Assembly (NCBI GenBank): GCA_002633005.1
Contig: NMRA01000780.1
Coordinates: forward strand, 1-64,000
Origin: Phoronis australis
Lineage: Eukaryota > Animalia > Phoronida
DNA length: 64,000 nucleotides
Direction of reading: 5' to 3'
Below, piece after piece: positions 13,937-27,400 of this stretch (the first letter of the stretch is position 1; each line of letters starts with the position of its first letter). The notes below the pieces were generated by a model. That model was not told the DNA's origin. It ran no database searches and was given only the letters and a program-made list of their open reading frames with translations. The translations under genes were made by a program, and so were the position numbers.

Positions 13937-14229
13937 GGCGCATCAAATGCGAACCAGTGATATGGTTTATAGGTCTTATAATCAGAGAATACGAAATTTT
14001 AAATAAAACAACATTGCAGAAAAAAGACATAAAGGGTATTAAGATATTCGACCGGGTCAAAGGTATCGGTACTGTACATGTTGGAGCCAAATTTGTTCGA
14101 AACGCTATCAAAATTACAGGCAGGTTCTCGACCAATGAATGAGAGACACTGACACTAGCAAAACTTTTCACCGCATCGAGTTGAGGATATTTCGTCCTCA
14201 TCAGCCCAGATCTGACTTTAAGGCATCTA

Positions 14230-14450
14230 TCACAATGCTAACATGGATTGAGTTCCGTAGAGTCACGAATACCCCGCAAGATTCCATCGTGACCACATGC
14301 TTTCCTTGAAGTACTTGATGATAATTCGAGAAGTCCTCTGCTTTTGATGTCTACGCAGCGCAATCCTGTTCTCAGCCCACAGTGTGATTCCGTACCAGAC
14401 CGGTACTACTAGTACAGTGTAGGTGTTATTGAGCCAATCCCAATCAACAA
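14230..14450 (-). mobile_element. Possible decayed LINE RT C-terminal fragment
   Basis: YTVLVVPVWYGITLW...LRRHQKQRTSRII resembles the 'Y..L..P.LEY...VW....LERIQKRA.RII' motif. Confidence 0.35.
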
Positions 14451-14997
14451 ACGGACATTTTAAAACATGCATGTACAGATATAATAATATAAATGCAATC
14501 CAATATCTGGCAGCGGGAGGGCATATGGAAATGCCTTCCTGTCGGCATGCATTAAACTTCTAAGCACAACCAAAGAGCTATACCAGGCGTGCGTTCAGTT
14601 GACGCTAGGACCTACGCTAGGATCTAGCTAAAATCTAGTCAAAGTCACGTGTTCTCATTTGAAATACGGAAATATCTCACGTAATTTCTCGAAGTCTTGC
14701 TTTTTAGCGAGGTCCTAGCGTTACTGAAAGGGAGGTATGTATAACTCATTGGCACAACAAAGCAATGGTGTGTGCCCGGGGTATAATCCCTGTACTCAAA
14801 CTCGACTCTAACATTGACAAAATGCATTGAACGATTCGAGAGAACATGTAATTCTGTAATAGAGTCATGCAGTATTTTAGGTTAATTTCGAGTATGAGTC
14901 TCAGTAATCCAAACATACCCTGTTCACTGTTGTCCAATTGAATTAATTCGTTAGATGTGAGAGCTGCCCCAGCCACAAAAAAAACTATAACATTCCC

Positions 14998-15100
14998 TGC
15001 ATTGTATATACATGTACATTGTATTTACATGTACATTGTATATACATGTACACTGTATATTCATGTACATTGTACATGTATATACATGTACATGTACGTA
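14998..15100. repeat. TACATGTA/TACA low-complexity tract
   Basis: Repeated tacatgta/tgtaca units just downstream of the gene A stop codon. Confidence 0.75.
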
Positions 15101-15233
15101 GAGGTAAAATTCACCAAATTTTACAATGAGGTGTCTAGATATGTTTTCCAACTAGCTCAGACGTTTCAATAAATCATGCCAGCGAATATACCTTTGCTGA
15201 AAAACATTTGACGTACTCGACTAATCTATAGAG

Positions 15234-15454
15234 TCATGTGTCAGTGGCCGGTTGTGCCTCCTCGTACTTCAGGCCACCACCGTTGCAAATTTTCGGCTTT
15301 TTACTTCCTCGCCTGATGGCAGTGAACTGTAAGCGCAGGTTCTTTCTACAGTTTGGAAACATTGCGAGGAATTGACGAATCCCTGCGTCCACTATCTCAA
15401 ACAATGAGAGGCACGACGCGCCGACAAATAAGCCCATAGAACCACCGATGTCAC
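15234..15454 (-). CDS. Gene A exon 10: TM2, GAS filter, C-terminus, stop
   Basis: GDIGGSMGLFVGASCLSLFEIVDAGIRQFLAMFPNC...QPATDT*. Confidence 0.96.
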
Positions 15455-18400
15455 CTTGAAAAACAACAAAAACGAGTGAGTATTTAAAACAATTACCAGA
15501 TATGACCACACCTAAATTCGCCTTACTTGGCTGGCTAAATAATATATCCCTTGCTGCCTGCTGTGATAGACTTCTTTTTCAGTCACCAATTTGGGTCACA
15601 ATCAATACGAACATGTGAAATTGCAATTTTAAAACTGGTCAATCTCAATACATATTTTGAATCGTTGGTGGTCTCAACGTGCTTGTTGGAAATACAAATT
15701 TTCAGAACCCTGTTACGGTAAGGGATATTATGAGAACAATTTCATGAGAGTAGTTCATTTTTTGTTGTTTTTAGCCAGCTAACAGGGCGAAAAGGTATTT
15801 TAGTTCTTTTGCTGTTCTTAAAGAAACATTAGAAGCTCCTTTACTGATTACAATACCTAAATATTGAATGCAGAATTAACAAGCATTAATTGTAGATTAT
15901 TATTTTCAGTTACAGAGATCAGCGAGGGAGACAGACTGACGTGCTGGACAACATTACACAATTTGAATTTAGCTGCAACTTTTGCGAGAATGATCAAATT
16001 TAAAGGGACGCAAAATGATGTCAGTGAACGGAATCGTCCCAAATAGCCACTTTAATACAAAACGTGACAAGTCAAACATGAATAAGTTGAATATCACAAA
16101 GGTAGTGCCTACATGAAGTGGATAGTGAGCTCATCATGTTACAGTGCCAGTTAGTTAAAGACCATCAGGTTCCAAACTAAACAATTGGTAAGTGCACTAG
16201 ACGACAATCTACTGGATACCTGTGTTTCGCGTCCCAGCTGAGGTTACTGACCTTTCTGCGTTTATTCGATTCAGTACCAGCCAACATCTATACTTACTAT
16301 GCTCGTAGCTAAGAACGTTTAAATAGTGAGACTACATAGCAATCGCTCGGCAGCAAGCTGGTTTTCGATGATTTGATAAGCAAAGAAAGTATCGATCGAG
16401 CAACTATATCTCAAGTCAGGGTTCGGAGTCTTATCCGTGTAGCTTGAAATCGAGATGGAGGGTATTTTGGACATTTTTCATGCCTCTTCTATGAGAACTC
16501 GCGATGACTGTCAAATATTTTGTACCTCTGTACTTTTGCTTACGTAGATGACTGTCTAGTCTTGGTTTGATTACCCCGGTATCATAGCTGTAAGTTCGCG
16601 TATGAATCTCTAATTTTGACTGTAGTTCGAGTTTGGTCAAGTGCTGGGACTAGACACACATCTGCGTAAAGCGTAACTAAGGAGAGCAAGGAATAACAGT
16701 TAGCTATCTTCGATTTCTCGTTAAAATAGAACGGAAAATGTGAAATAATTCATTCGATTTCGAGTGCAAATGCTTAAGGCCCGGGGACAGGTTTGACGCT
16801 GATGGCCCTAGCCAGATGACATTTAAGTGGTGGTAAGACAGTTCCGCATAAGGTCAAAAGTTTTGTTCACCCTGAATGCTATCTTTTCGACGTGCGTGTT
16901 TGAGACCAGATTTTTGGAGATGCCAATGTCAATATGCATATAATTTCCGCTAATTCAAAATTGATTTTAATATCACTCTACACGAATGTTCTATTTTTCT
17001 TTCATTGTTGATGTATGAAGTAAAACTTTACCGAAAAGCGAAACCATGTCGTAGGCATTCTGCTGCTTGATGTGTTCATAGCTCAAATCTTGCAGGTAGA
17101 CGTCAACTTGAATTATATTGTTCCTAAAATAGAACGTGGAATTACGTAATACATAATCCACAAAACATTCATTGAATTGGTCTTTAAGTACAAGGTGCGC
17201 ATGCGTTTAATATTGAGAATTTAAAAAACAATGCTTGTCTGATTATCAGATTCAGCTATGGAATAATTTTATATTGTTTCTAAACCATGTTTAAAAGAGT
17301 AGCTTACTTTACAAACGATTCTCCCAGTTCATTTCCTTTCTCAAACGTTTCCATTTCTTCTCGCAGTTCTTTGAATAATTCAGCAAACCGCACGTGTTTG
17401 TCCCCGATCTGTTCGCTAATTTTCGCGCGTTTGCGAATGCGCTGCATTTCCTCCCTGACACTTGCACGCCACACGTCCATATGTTTGTTTAGGTCACGAA
17501 CACTAAAGTCTAGATACCCCAACCACGTGGGCGTTTTATTTATCGTACGATCCACGTGTGACTTGTTCACGCACTCAAAACTCATCAATGTGCTAGTCTC
17601 TTTGCACTCAGAGAAGTTCGCCTCCGAGCTAGCAATATCCGCCTCAGAAGTTAAGTACACGTAAGATAGTGCTCCGTTAGCTTGCCGGTGTAAGGTTTCG
17701 ACGGTGGTGTCCATGTGCCGTTTAAGACTCTCCAAGTTCCATGATATTTGAGAAGAACTCTCTTTCAATTCTTCTATTTTCGTTTCCAATTTCTGCGCAG
17801 CTGATGACAGCTGATCGGTGCGTGTTGCTAAATCCATACGGGAAATATTACCAATGTCATTTAAGTAATTTTGAAACTGCAAAGAAAATTCATCCCACTT
17901 CATCAGGCTTTGTTTTTTTAAAATGTTGCTAGGTTGCCTGAGAGATTTCCTTGTCTCTCGAATCTGGACATACAAATTCTTCGTTAATTGGTCAAGATGC
18001 TGCTTTTCTACTCTCAAGAGATATTTTTTTCGAGTCAGGATATTGTCAAGCATTGCGACTTGAACATCAAATGTTTGTACAATAGAGTCAAACTTCATTC
18101 GTGCACTTCTAATGTCAAGTGCCTCATACCTGCGTGGGTCTAGCGTTCTTATGGTTTTATAGTAAAGGGTGAGTAACGCGTGTAGTTGTGATGAAACTTG
18201 TGTCACCTTTTTGCTTTCGTTCGGTTCCATGAGAATGTTCGGGTACCTCCCATGTCCATTACTTTCTGCGGGAAGCGACAGGAGAGGACAAACGAAGGCC
18301 AGTGTCGTGATTGACTCATTCAGAGTTTTCAGCAATTTCAAGTGTTCCACAACAGCGACATTTTGTCGGCCTATTTCGGATTCTAGCAAAGCTGCACTCC

Positions 18401-21400
18401 ATTCGTTCGTAGATGTCGTCCCACGATTGTACGCCAAGCCATAAGTAATCATATTGTCGTACTGAAGTGAACTTCTGACTTTGGTTGCAAGCAAATTCAA
18501 GCATGACTTAACATTAATCAAATTGTCCTCTGTTTCTTCAATAACTTTTGAGTGATATTTTAAAAAGGGAGTCAACGATGTATTGAGTTGAGCCACATCA
18601 TTTTCCAGAGATCGGAGGTTTTGCTTTATGTTATCATAAGATGTGTTGAGTTCCTTGATTCCCTTTTCAACTCGTCTCGAGAACATTCTGTCTTTCCTTA
18701 CTTGCTCTACGTCAACTCGCTGTGCTATTTCCCGCGCTTTCCTGTAGTTCAAAGCAATTTCTGGCGTAAAATGAAATTCACTGTGTGACGTCATTTGGGC
18801 GAGACTAACTTGAGGCTCAACAACAATACGTGAGCATGGTAGAGGACACAAGTCTGTATCGTTCCTGGGTTTTTGCACCCCATCATGAACTACAAAAAAA
18901 TGACAAGGACATGCTTCATGGTAGTGGTACGCTTGCCATCAATAGTGGCATCACAACTCCTATAAGAATACAATGTATCTGACGATATGTCGATAATAGG
19001 GCCGTTCCGGATTACACAGCGACTCTCGAATGTCGGTGTGTTCACCCACAATGCCGTAAACATCCACCAGGCACATTTGCTGTCTCGTTTTGGTGCCACT
19101 GGAGTTTCACATATTATTTGTTGTTGTCTGATTCTTAACAAATTTTTCTCGATTGCGTTACTTTATTCGTCCTTCCAAAACAAACGAAGTGATTCCTGCT
19201 GTGCAGTGGGCTACACTTCGGCGTGGGAAAGTTTGATAAACTGGATAAATACCCGCGGATGCGTGACCTGAAATTCTTCGCGTTCCCGACATCAATGAGA
19301 GATACGAAAATGTGCCTGATTTCCAAAACAAAGTCACGCGCTTTCTTATCTTAGGCAGAAAGGAGAGTTCTATCGCGGTGTAATACGGGACGGCCCTAGT
19401 AGTCTGTGCCCGTTTGAAGACTGTAATAAAGTGTTCTCACTTGAGTAAAGACTTCGGAGAACAATACCGAAAATTATGGGAATTAATGTGCTATACCGCC
19501 ATGTCAAAGAAATTGAACCACTAGCCATTTCAGAACAAAAATTATTGGTTACTAAACTGAATACGGATTTTAACAAGAGGTGAAATGTTGTAACAAATCA
19601 ACTCACTGTCGCGTGCCGCTTTTGCCCATAGCTTCAGTAGGGTAGGCAGTGGACAGATAGGTACTTAAAAGAGAAGGTACAACTGAAATTAATGTCATGA
19701 CAGTCAATGAACACAATTGCCATCATTGGCATCATCGTCACCGTCGTCATCACTGTTGGCGACACCGTCGTCGCCCTGGGAGTCAGATGTCCAAAGTAAA
19801 ACGTATCTAATTACATGAAACCAAGGTAATCGTTTCCACTTGAATATTTTGTATCAACAAACCCATAGTAGCAACAGGAGCATGTGCGAATCAATGATTC
19901 TCGAAGTGTTTAAAAAAAGCGTTCTTAAAATGAATTATTGCATTTTTTTAGGCTTTAAGAACAAAAAAACTAAGCAAGCACTTATTTTGGCGAAATAATT
20001 AAAGAATTTTAAATTTCAAAACAAAATTGATGATCTTTTGGTTTCTCGCCACGTGATATCATGAGTGGAAGACGTTGATCAGTTGACAGCATAAAAGAAA
20101 TGGCGGATAGTACTGATTTTGTAAGTTACGAAGAACCATAGCACGAGCTTTGACGAGTATTATGAAGACGGATGTGAAGAAGGGGGTGAAGACGACACTC
20201 AGGGGAAATAGGTAATGAGTTAGACCTCACCACATCAGCAAACTTGTGTGTCTGTGGCTGTGCAAGTTCGGCGAATGAAGCCGCGTCGGAGTATAGATTA
20301 CTTAGTCCGCGGACCGTCCTGATTTCAGAGTGGTAAATAAAGTCTTTTATTGAATGATAATTCAATTTTCAACCACTTCATTGTAGAGTGATACATGTAT
20401 GTGTCTCGAACTGTAAATCTAACCTAAGTTTTTACCCTTGCTGTCAAATCCAGTCGCGAATAACTGACACTGATTTCATTTCATTTCATTTCATATTGTC
20501 TGTCTGATTGCTATTACATCATCCTCCACGCATGCATATTTCAATAACACTCAGTCAAAATTAGCGTTCAAGACCACTACGACTTGCTGGCGGCGCACAT
20601 GTAGATCAGACAATGGCGGAGACCGGATCTACTAATTTCTTATGTTTGCATATGTTTTCTGATTAAAAGTACACACATTGAAGAGGACATACATGTATTA
20701 AACATTGTCGGTAATCGAATTCAACGATTTATGAACATGATGTGAAGGATTTAAGAGAAATAGGAACCAGATGTGAATCCTAAAATTTGGCCACGTCTCT
20801 GTAATAGGTACTCCTCTCATTCTAGGGTATTTACCCACAAAACATCACGCACCTCAAGTACCCATTCTGCTACAGCACATTCAAATGTATTAATCCTTAT
20901 AAGATTCTACTTATTATGCCATGCAACACAGTTTATTGTAACATTGCATTTTGAGTTGCACTGCTCTCACCCAAAAATGCAAAATTGCAGATAGGGTAAA
21001 TATAAATATAAGTGGAGGACGCGCAGCGTATGTCTCTTCTTAATCAACAGAGGAGTGTGACATTTTGAAAAGTAGGTCACCCAATGTCGTGAAAGATGAG
21101 GGTTAAATCTAGGATAGAGTTCAATAGCTGTCTCGCCTCTAGAAAATCTAGCCAAAATCACGAGTTCTCATTTGAAATGCACGTCAATATCTCACGTAAT
21201 CTCAGTTGCGAAGTCTTGGTTTTACATGTAACTAGGCCCTAGCATAGGACTACGGACAAAATGTCGTCTTATTTAAAGTTGAGTGCATTTTCGAGCATGT
21301 ATATTACCAGATCACTACCAGATCATTTGACCGTTTAAGCTTGGCAATAATGAAACACTCACAGCACACGATCGTGTCTAAATTTTAAGGGTAAACAAGC

Positions 21401-24400
21401 ATTCCACTCACAAAAGTAGTGTGAAATTAAGTTAACCGCAGTCGAAACCTGGCTATCACTGCAAATGAGATTGAGCTACTTCATGTTTGAAATTGAAACC
21501 TATGTAAGCTTACAAGGTTAAAAAATCTATTCGCCTTTTTGAGGTTTAGCAAGAGTTGTTGAATTACGGTATCACCGTCCATATTTCTTACCTTCGTTTT
21601 TTCCGTCGCCCATGTACGCATAGCGGCATCCGTGCGTATCCTTTCTCATTTCTTCCAATTTGCGGTTGATTTTGCAGGCAGGGATAGAATAATAGTGGTA
21701 GTACTTCAGTTTTTGGTTTCTCTTGCACTTTCCGTGAGGGGGCTCAATGTTAGTCATCTGTGGTAATAAATTGATATATTTTCCGTAACAGTGGATTGGA
21801 CTGCGCCATAAGTTTAGATAAGTTGCAACACACCGGTGTAAGTGAGTGTCCCTCTGAATATCGTGTCCGCCCTTCATGTATTTGAATGAAATATCTCGGC
21901 TTTCAATGAATCGTTACGTAGCGTTGGAATATGTAGTACTACACGTTTGTGATTCCCAACTGTCTGCTCCAATGCCGTATATAATGCGCGTATTTAGGTC
22001 CGTGTGCCAATTGCCGTCGCTGTTCCAGCATCAGCAACCATTTTAGTGAGAAAAGCGGGTTAAAAGTGATGGCTCGGATGTAGGGCGTTTCCTATTTATT
22101 GTTCAAGATTAAACTTCCTCAACTATTTTTGATGAGAAATATGAACAATCTTGCGACTGATATAGGCTTTTAAGATACGCTTAGAAGTAATGAGTGTACA
22201 TTGCAACCCAGTTTTAACCGCTTCAGTTGTTTTTTCAGTCGAACATTGTTGGCTTTATCACTGATTTTCCTTGAATAAAAGTATACTAAACCCAGTTTTG
22301 ATGAGTTCAACCACATCCTGGTAATATCACGTACATCATTGTCGTCAATCTTAAAATATAGAAGCAGGATGCACCTTAAACCTCAATACTCCCTACAATG
22401 TCACAGATAGTACATGTATATAATGTAGTTCTGGCGAGGTGGTCTTTCCCCACAGTTGCCAGGTAATTCACTAAAAGCGTATGAAAAGCTATGTACATGT
22501 AAATAAAAAATGCTGGTTAGAGAAAAAAATTCCATCATCGGGTGACACTTCATTCCTTTACATAAATGGTTGACGATTTCACAAAAAAGGAAAAAAATAG
22601 TCAAATGATACCTTCGTTTGGTCCCCTTACGTGGGTGGAAAACGATATAAATAAGAGCCGGAAAGGGGTGTCCTCCAAAAGATTAGCAAGTTCAAAATCA
22701 GAATGGGATTTTTCACCTCTGTTACATGTTTCGCTGGGTCTCTTTTCTCGACTGCACTCTGCCCCACATCTACATGTATGCCGATCATTGGCTCCATCTG
22801 ACGTTTNGAAATTGAACCACTAGCCATTTCAGAACAAAAATTATTGGTTACTAAACTGAATACGGATTTTAACAAGAGGTGAAATGTTGTAACAAATCAA
22901 CTCACTGTCGCGTGCCGCTTTTGCCCATAGCTTCAGTAGGGTAGGCAGTGGACAGATAGGTACTTAAAAGAGAAGGTACAACTGAAATTAATGTCATGAC
23001 AGTCAATGAACACAATTGCCATCATTGGCATCATCGTCACCGTCGTCATCACTGTTGGCGACACCGTCGTCGCCCTGGGAGTCAGATGTCCAAAGTAAAA
23101 CGTATCTAATTACATGAAACCAAGGTAATCGTTTCCACTTGAATATTTTGTATCAACAAACCCATAGTAGCAACAGGAGCATGTGCGAATCAATGATTCT
23201 CGAAGTGTTTAAAAAAAGCGTTCTTAAAATGAATTATTGCATTTTTTTAGGCTTTAAGAACAAAAAAACTAAGCAAGCACTTATTTTGGCGAAATAATTA
23301 AAGAATTTTAAATTTCAAAACAAAATTGATGATCTTTTGGTTTCTCGCCACGTGATATCATGAGTGGAAGACGTTGATCAGTTGACAGCATAAAAGAAAT
23401 GGCGGATAGTACTGATTTTGTAAGTTACGAAGAACCATAGCACGAGCTTTGACGAGTATTATGAAGACGGATGTGAAGAAGGGGGTGAAGACGACACTCA
23501 GGGGAAATAGGTAATGAGTTAGACCTCACCACATCAGCAAACTTGTGTGTCTGTGGCTGTGCAAGTTCGGCGAATGAAGCCGCGTCGGAGTATAGATTAC
23601 TTAGTCCGCGGACCGTCCTGATTTCAGAGTGGTAAATAAAGTCTTTTATTGAATGATAATTCAATTTTCAACCACTTCATTGTAGAGTGATACATGTATG
23701 TGTCTCGAACTGTAAATCTAACCTAAGTTTTTACCCTTGCTGTCAAATCCAGTCGCGAATAACGGACACTGATTTCATTTCATTTCATTTCATATTGTCT
23801 GTCTGATTGCTATTACATCATCCTCCACGCATGCATATTTCAATAACACTCAGTCAAAATTAGCGTTCAAGACCACTACGACTTGCTGGTGGCGCACATG
23901 TAGATCAGACAATGGCGGAGACCGGATCTACTAATTTTTTATTTGTTTTCTGATTAAAAGTACACACATTGAAGAGGACATACATGTATTAAACATTGTC
24001 GGTAATCGAGTTCAACGATTTATGAACATGATTTGAAGGATTTAAGAGTAATAGGAACCAGTTGTGAATCCTAAAATTTGGCCACGTCTCTGGAATAGGT
24101 ACTCCTCTCATTCTAGGGTATTTACCCACAAAACAGCACGCACCTCAAGTACCCATTCTGCTACAGCACATTCAAATGTATTAATCCTTGTAAGATTCTA
24201 ATTATTATGCCATGCAACACAGTTTATTGTAACATTGCATTTTGAGTTGCAATGCTCTCACCCAAAAATGCAAAATTGCAGATAGGGTAAATATAAATAT
24301 AAGTGGAGGACGCGCAGCGTATGTCTCTTCTTAATCAACAGAGGAGTGTGACATTTTGAAAAGTAGGTCACGTCGTGAAAGATGAGGGTTAAATCTAGGA

Positions 24401-27400
24401 TAGAGTTCAATAGCTGTCTCGCTTCTAGAAAATCTAGCCAAAATCACGAGTTCTCATTTGAAATGCACGTCATTATCTCACGTAATCTTGCGAAGTCTTG
24501 GTTTTACATGTAGCTAGGCCCTAGCGTAGGACTACGGGCAAAACGGTCGTCTTATTTAAAGTTGAGAGTTATTGCATTTTCGAGCATGTGTATTACCAGA
24601 TCACTAACAGATCATTTGACCGTTTAAGCTTGACAATAATGAAACACTCACAGCACACGATCGTGTCTAAATTTTAAGTGTAAACAAGCATTCCAGTCAC
24701 AAAAGTAGTGTGAAATTAAGTTAACCGCGGTCGAAACCTGGCTATCAATGCAAATGAGATTGAGCTACTTCATTTTGAAATTGAAACCTATGTAAGCTTA
24801 CAAGGTTAGAAAATCTATTCGCCTTTTTGAGGTTTAGCAAGAGTTGTTGAATTACGGTATCACCGTCCATATTTCTTACCTTCGTTTTTTCCGTCACCCA
24901 TGTACGCATAGCGGCATCCGTGCGTATTCTTTCTCATTTCTTCCAATTTGCGGTTGATTTTGCAGGCAGGGATAGAGTAATAGTGGTAGTACTTCAGTTT
25001 TTGGTTTCTCTTGCACTTTCCGTGAGGGGGCTCAATGTTAGTCATCTGTGGTAATAAATTGATATATATTCCGTAACAGTGGATTGGACTGCGTCATAAG
25101 TTTAGATAAGTTGCAACACACCGGTGTAAGTGAGTGTCCCTCTGAATACCGTGTCCGCCCTTCATGTATTTGAATGAAATATCTCGGCTTTCAATGAATC
25201 GTTACGTAGCGTTGGAATGTGTACACGTTTGCGATTCTTAACTGTCTGCTCCAATGCCGTATATAATGCGCGTATTTAGGCCCGTGTGCCAATTAACGTC
25301 GCTGTTCCAGCATGCGCAACCATTTTAGTGAGAAAACCAGGTTAAAAGTGATGGCTCGGATGTAGGGCGTTTCCTATTTATTGTTCAAGATTAAACTTTC
25401 TCAACTGTTTTTGACGAGAAATATGAACAATATTGCGACTGATATAGGCTTTTAAGATACGCTTAGAAGTAATGAGTGTACATTGCAACCCAGTTTTAAC
25501 CGCTTCAGTTGTTTTTTCAGTCGAACATTGTTGGCATTATCACTGATTTTCCTTGAATAAAAGTATACTAAACCCAGTTTTGATGAGTTCAACCACATCC
25601 TGGTAATATCACGTGCATCATTGTCGTCAATCTTAAAATATAGAAGCAGGATGCACGTTAAACCTCAATACTCTCTGCAATGGCACAGATAGTATATAAT
25701 GTAGTTCTTGCGAGGTGGTCTTTCCCCACAGTTACCAGGTAATTCACTAAAAGCGTTGGTCACGCTTGCTCGCTTAGCAGACTTCCTCCAAACGCTTCAG
25801 GAAGGTCGAGGGTTACACAGCATTATTTTGTTCCAGAGAGTTGGATGGAAAAGTCCTTTTTAACTTCTCTGAACAGGCAAAACCCGGTTTGGTATCCTTT
25901 TAATGAAGAGGTTGTTAATCAAATTTCGAGTGACCCGCCAATTATGCCCTGTGTAGGTCTGGTTCACGTGTAAGTTTTGATCATTCTTTACAAGTATCAA
26001 CGATAGAAAAAAATTCGGAACAGTTCGTTACTGGAATGGTATTATATCTGTTATCACTACTAGTTACATAAAACGTCACAAGTGGGCCTTACACATAATG
26101 ATCTTAAATACTCTGTAATCAAGGAAAAAGGCCAAGTCAGTTGCGTCAAAAATCTTTCGCACTGGAAAGATTGCATGTATGCGCTTTTGGGCAAGGGTAA
26201 CGAGAGTTCTTGCATCCACGGCATTACTTGTGCTTATAAAATTCGCGCATTCTCTTACTTCGATCCGCTCTTGTTACCCTCATGCAAAAATAGGCGGGTA
26301 TTTTCGGATGAAAAAGAACATTATCGCGTCATACCGAGCATCGAAACAATGCCGTGATGAGAATAGTTCTGCTTTGCTTTCTCATAAATTGTCCCTTTGC
26401 CGAACTACAAAATATACATCTATCAAAACTGTGAACGCAACTTGTTTGGAAGCAGTCTTGAGTAATGGCTACTAAAAGAAGTTCTATCATAACTTTGCAA
26501 ATGTTTTTAATAATTGTTCATGTACCTTTAGTGCAGTTAATAGTGATGCTCACTACTTGATCGCATGCCCAGTCTATAATACTGAGCGCGAACAGCTCTC
26601 TTGCAACATGCAATCCAGCGATTAACTGGTTACATTTTCTACGTCTTAGTAACAGGCATGAAAAACTTAGTTTTCTAGTATATGATTGTCATAGTTTGAA
26701 TTAAGACTGTAATGCTCTATTACCTAAAAAACTGTGATTTTATCTTTAAATATCACAATAAAGAACTGCATTACACTGGGATTTTTGTTTTGTTTTATGT
26801 TTTTGTTTGTTATTGTCTCGTTAATGTGTACTCCTTTACTACCGTATGAAATTGTTCGTTGTTTTTTGTTTTCTTTACTTTTGGTGTTTTTGCTCAATAT
26901 TATGTTTCAAGTAATAAGTAAGTCATTGTTTTATAGTTAAAAGACTGGATATAACGGTTCGCTCTCTGGGATAAGTATTTGTATTTAATGTATTGTCATT
27001 TATTTGACTGGCGAAAAAATGTACTTTGTTTGCAATAAAAACATTCCACCATAAACCGTGTAATTCAGAGAAACCAACGAATGCAAACTCCAACACGTGT
27101 GTGGCACAACCTCAACCGCGCATGTGCAAAGTTGGCATTCCAGTCCTCGAGATCTATGTTCACAGCGCTTCAGCTGCTACAAACTTAAATCTTCAAATAG
27201 CGGTCAATGGTATTGAGTTTCATTTTCAATACGACTTCACATTTCTAGTTTGAACTGCATGTCTTATTGCTGCGCTTCTTCACGTGGCTGGCTTTCTCGC
27301 TCACTTTGAAACTGTATGCACTTCTTGAATAGTAGAAAATGCGGGACTGATATGGAGATCGACAAAAGTCCCTTAATATGAAAAGCTTTGTACATGTAAA

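Noticed and set aside
17304-18878. 524-aa (and 480-aa at 50301-51743) ORFs as standalone coiled-coil genes
   Set aside because: They are bounded by splice sites in phase with flanking channel exons and begin with DEG/ENaC thumb/beta10 sequence, so they are internal exons.
20126-20365. 79-aa ORF present twice (also 23425-23664)
   Set aside because: The recurrence is explained by the duplication; at most a decayed LINE tail (LHPLL..HNTR), with no evidence for a gene.
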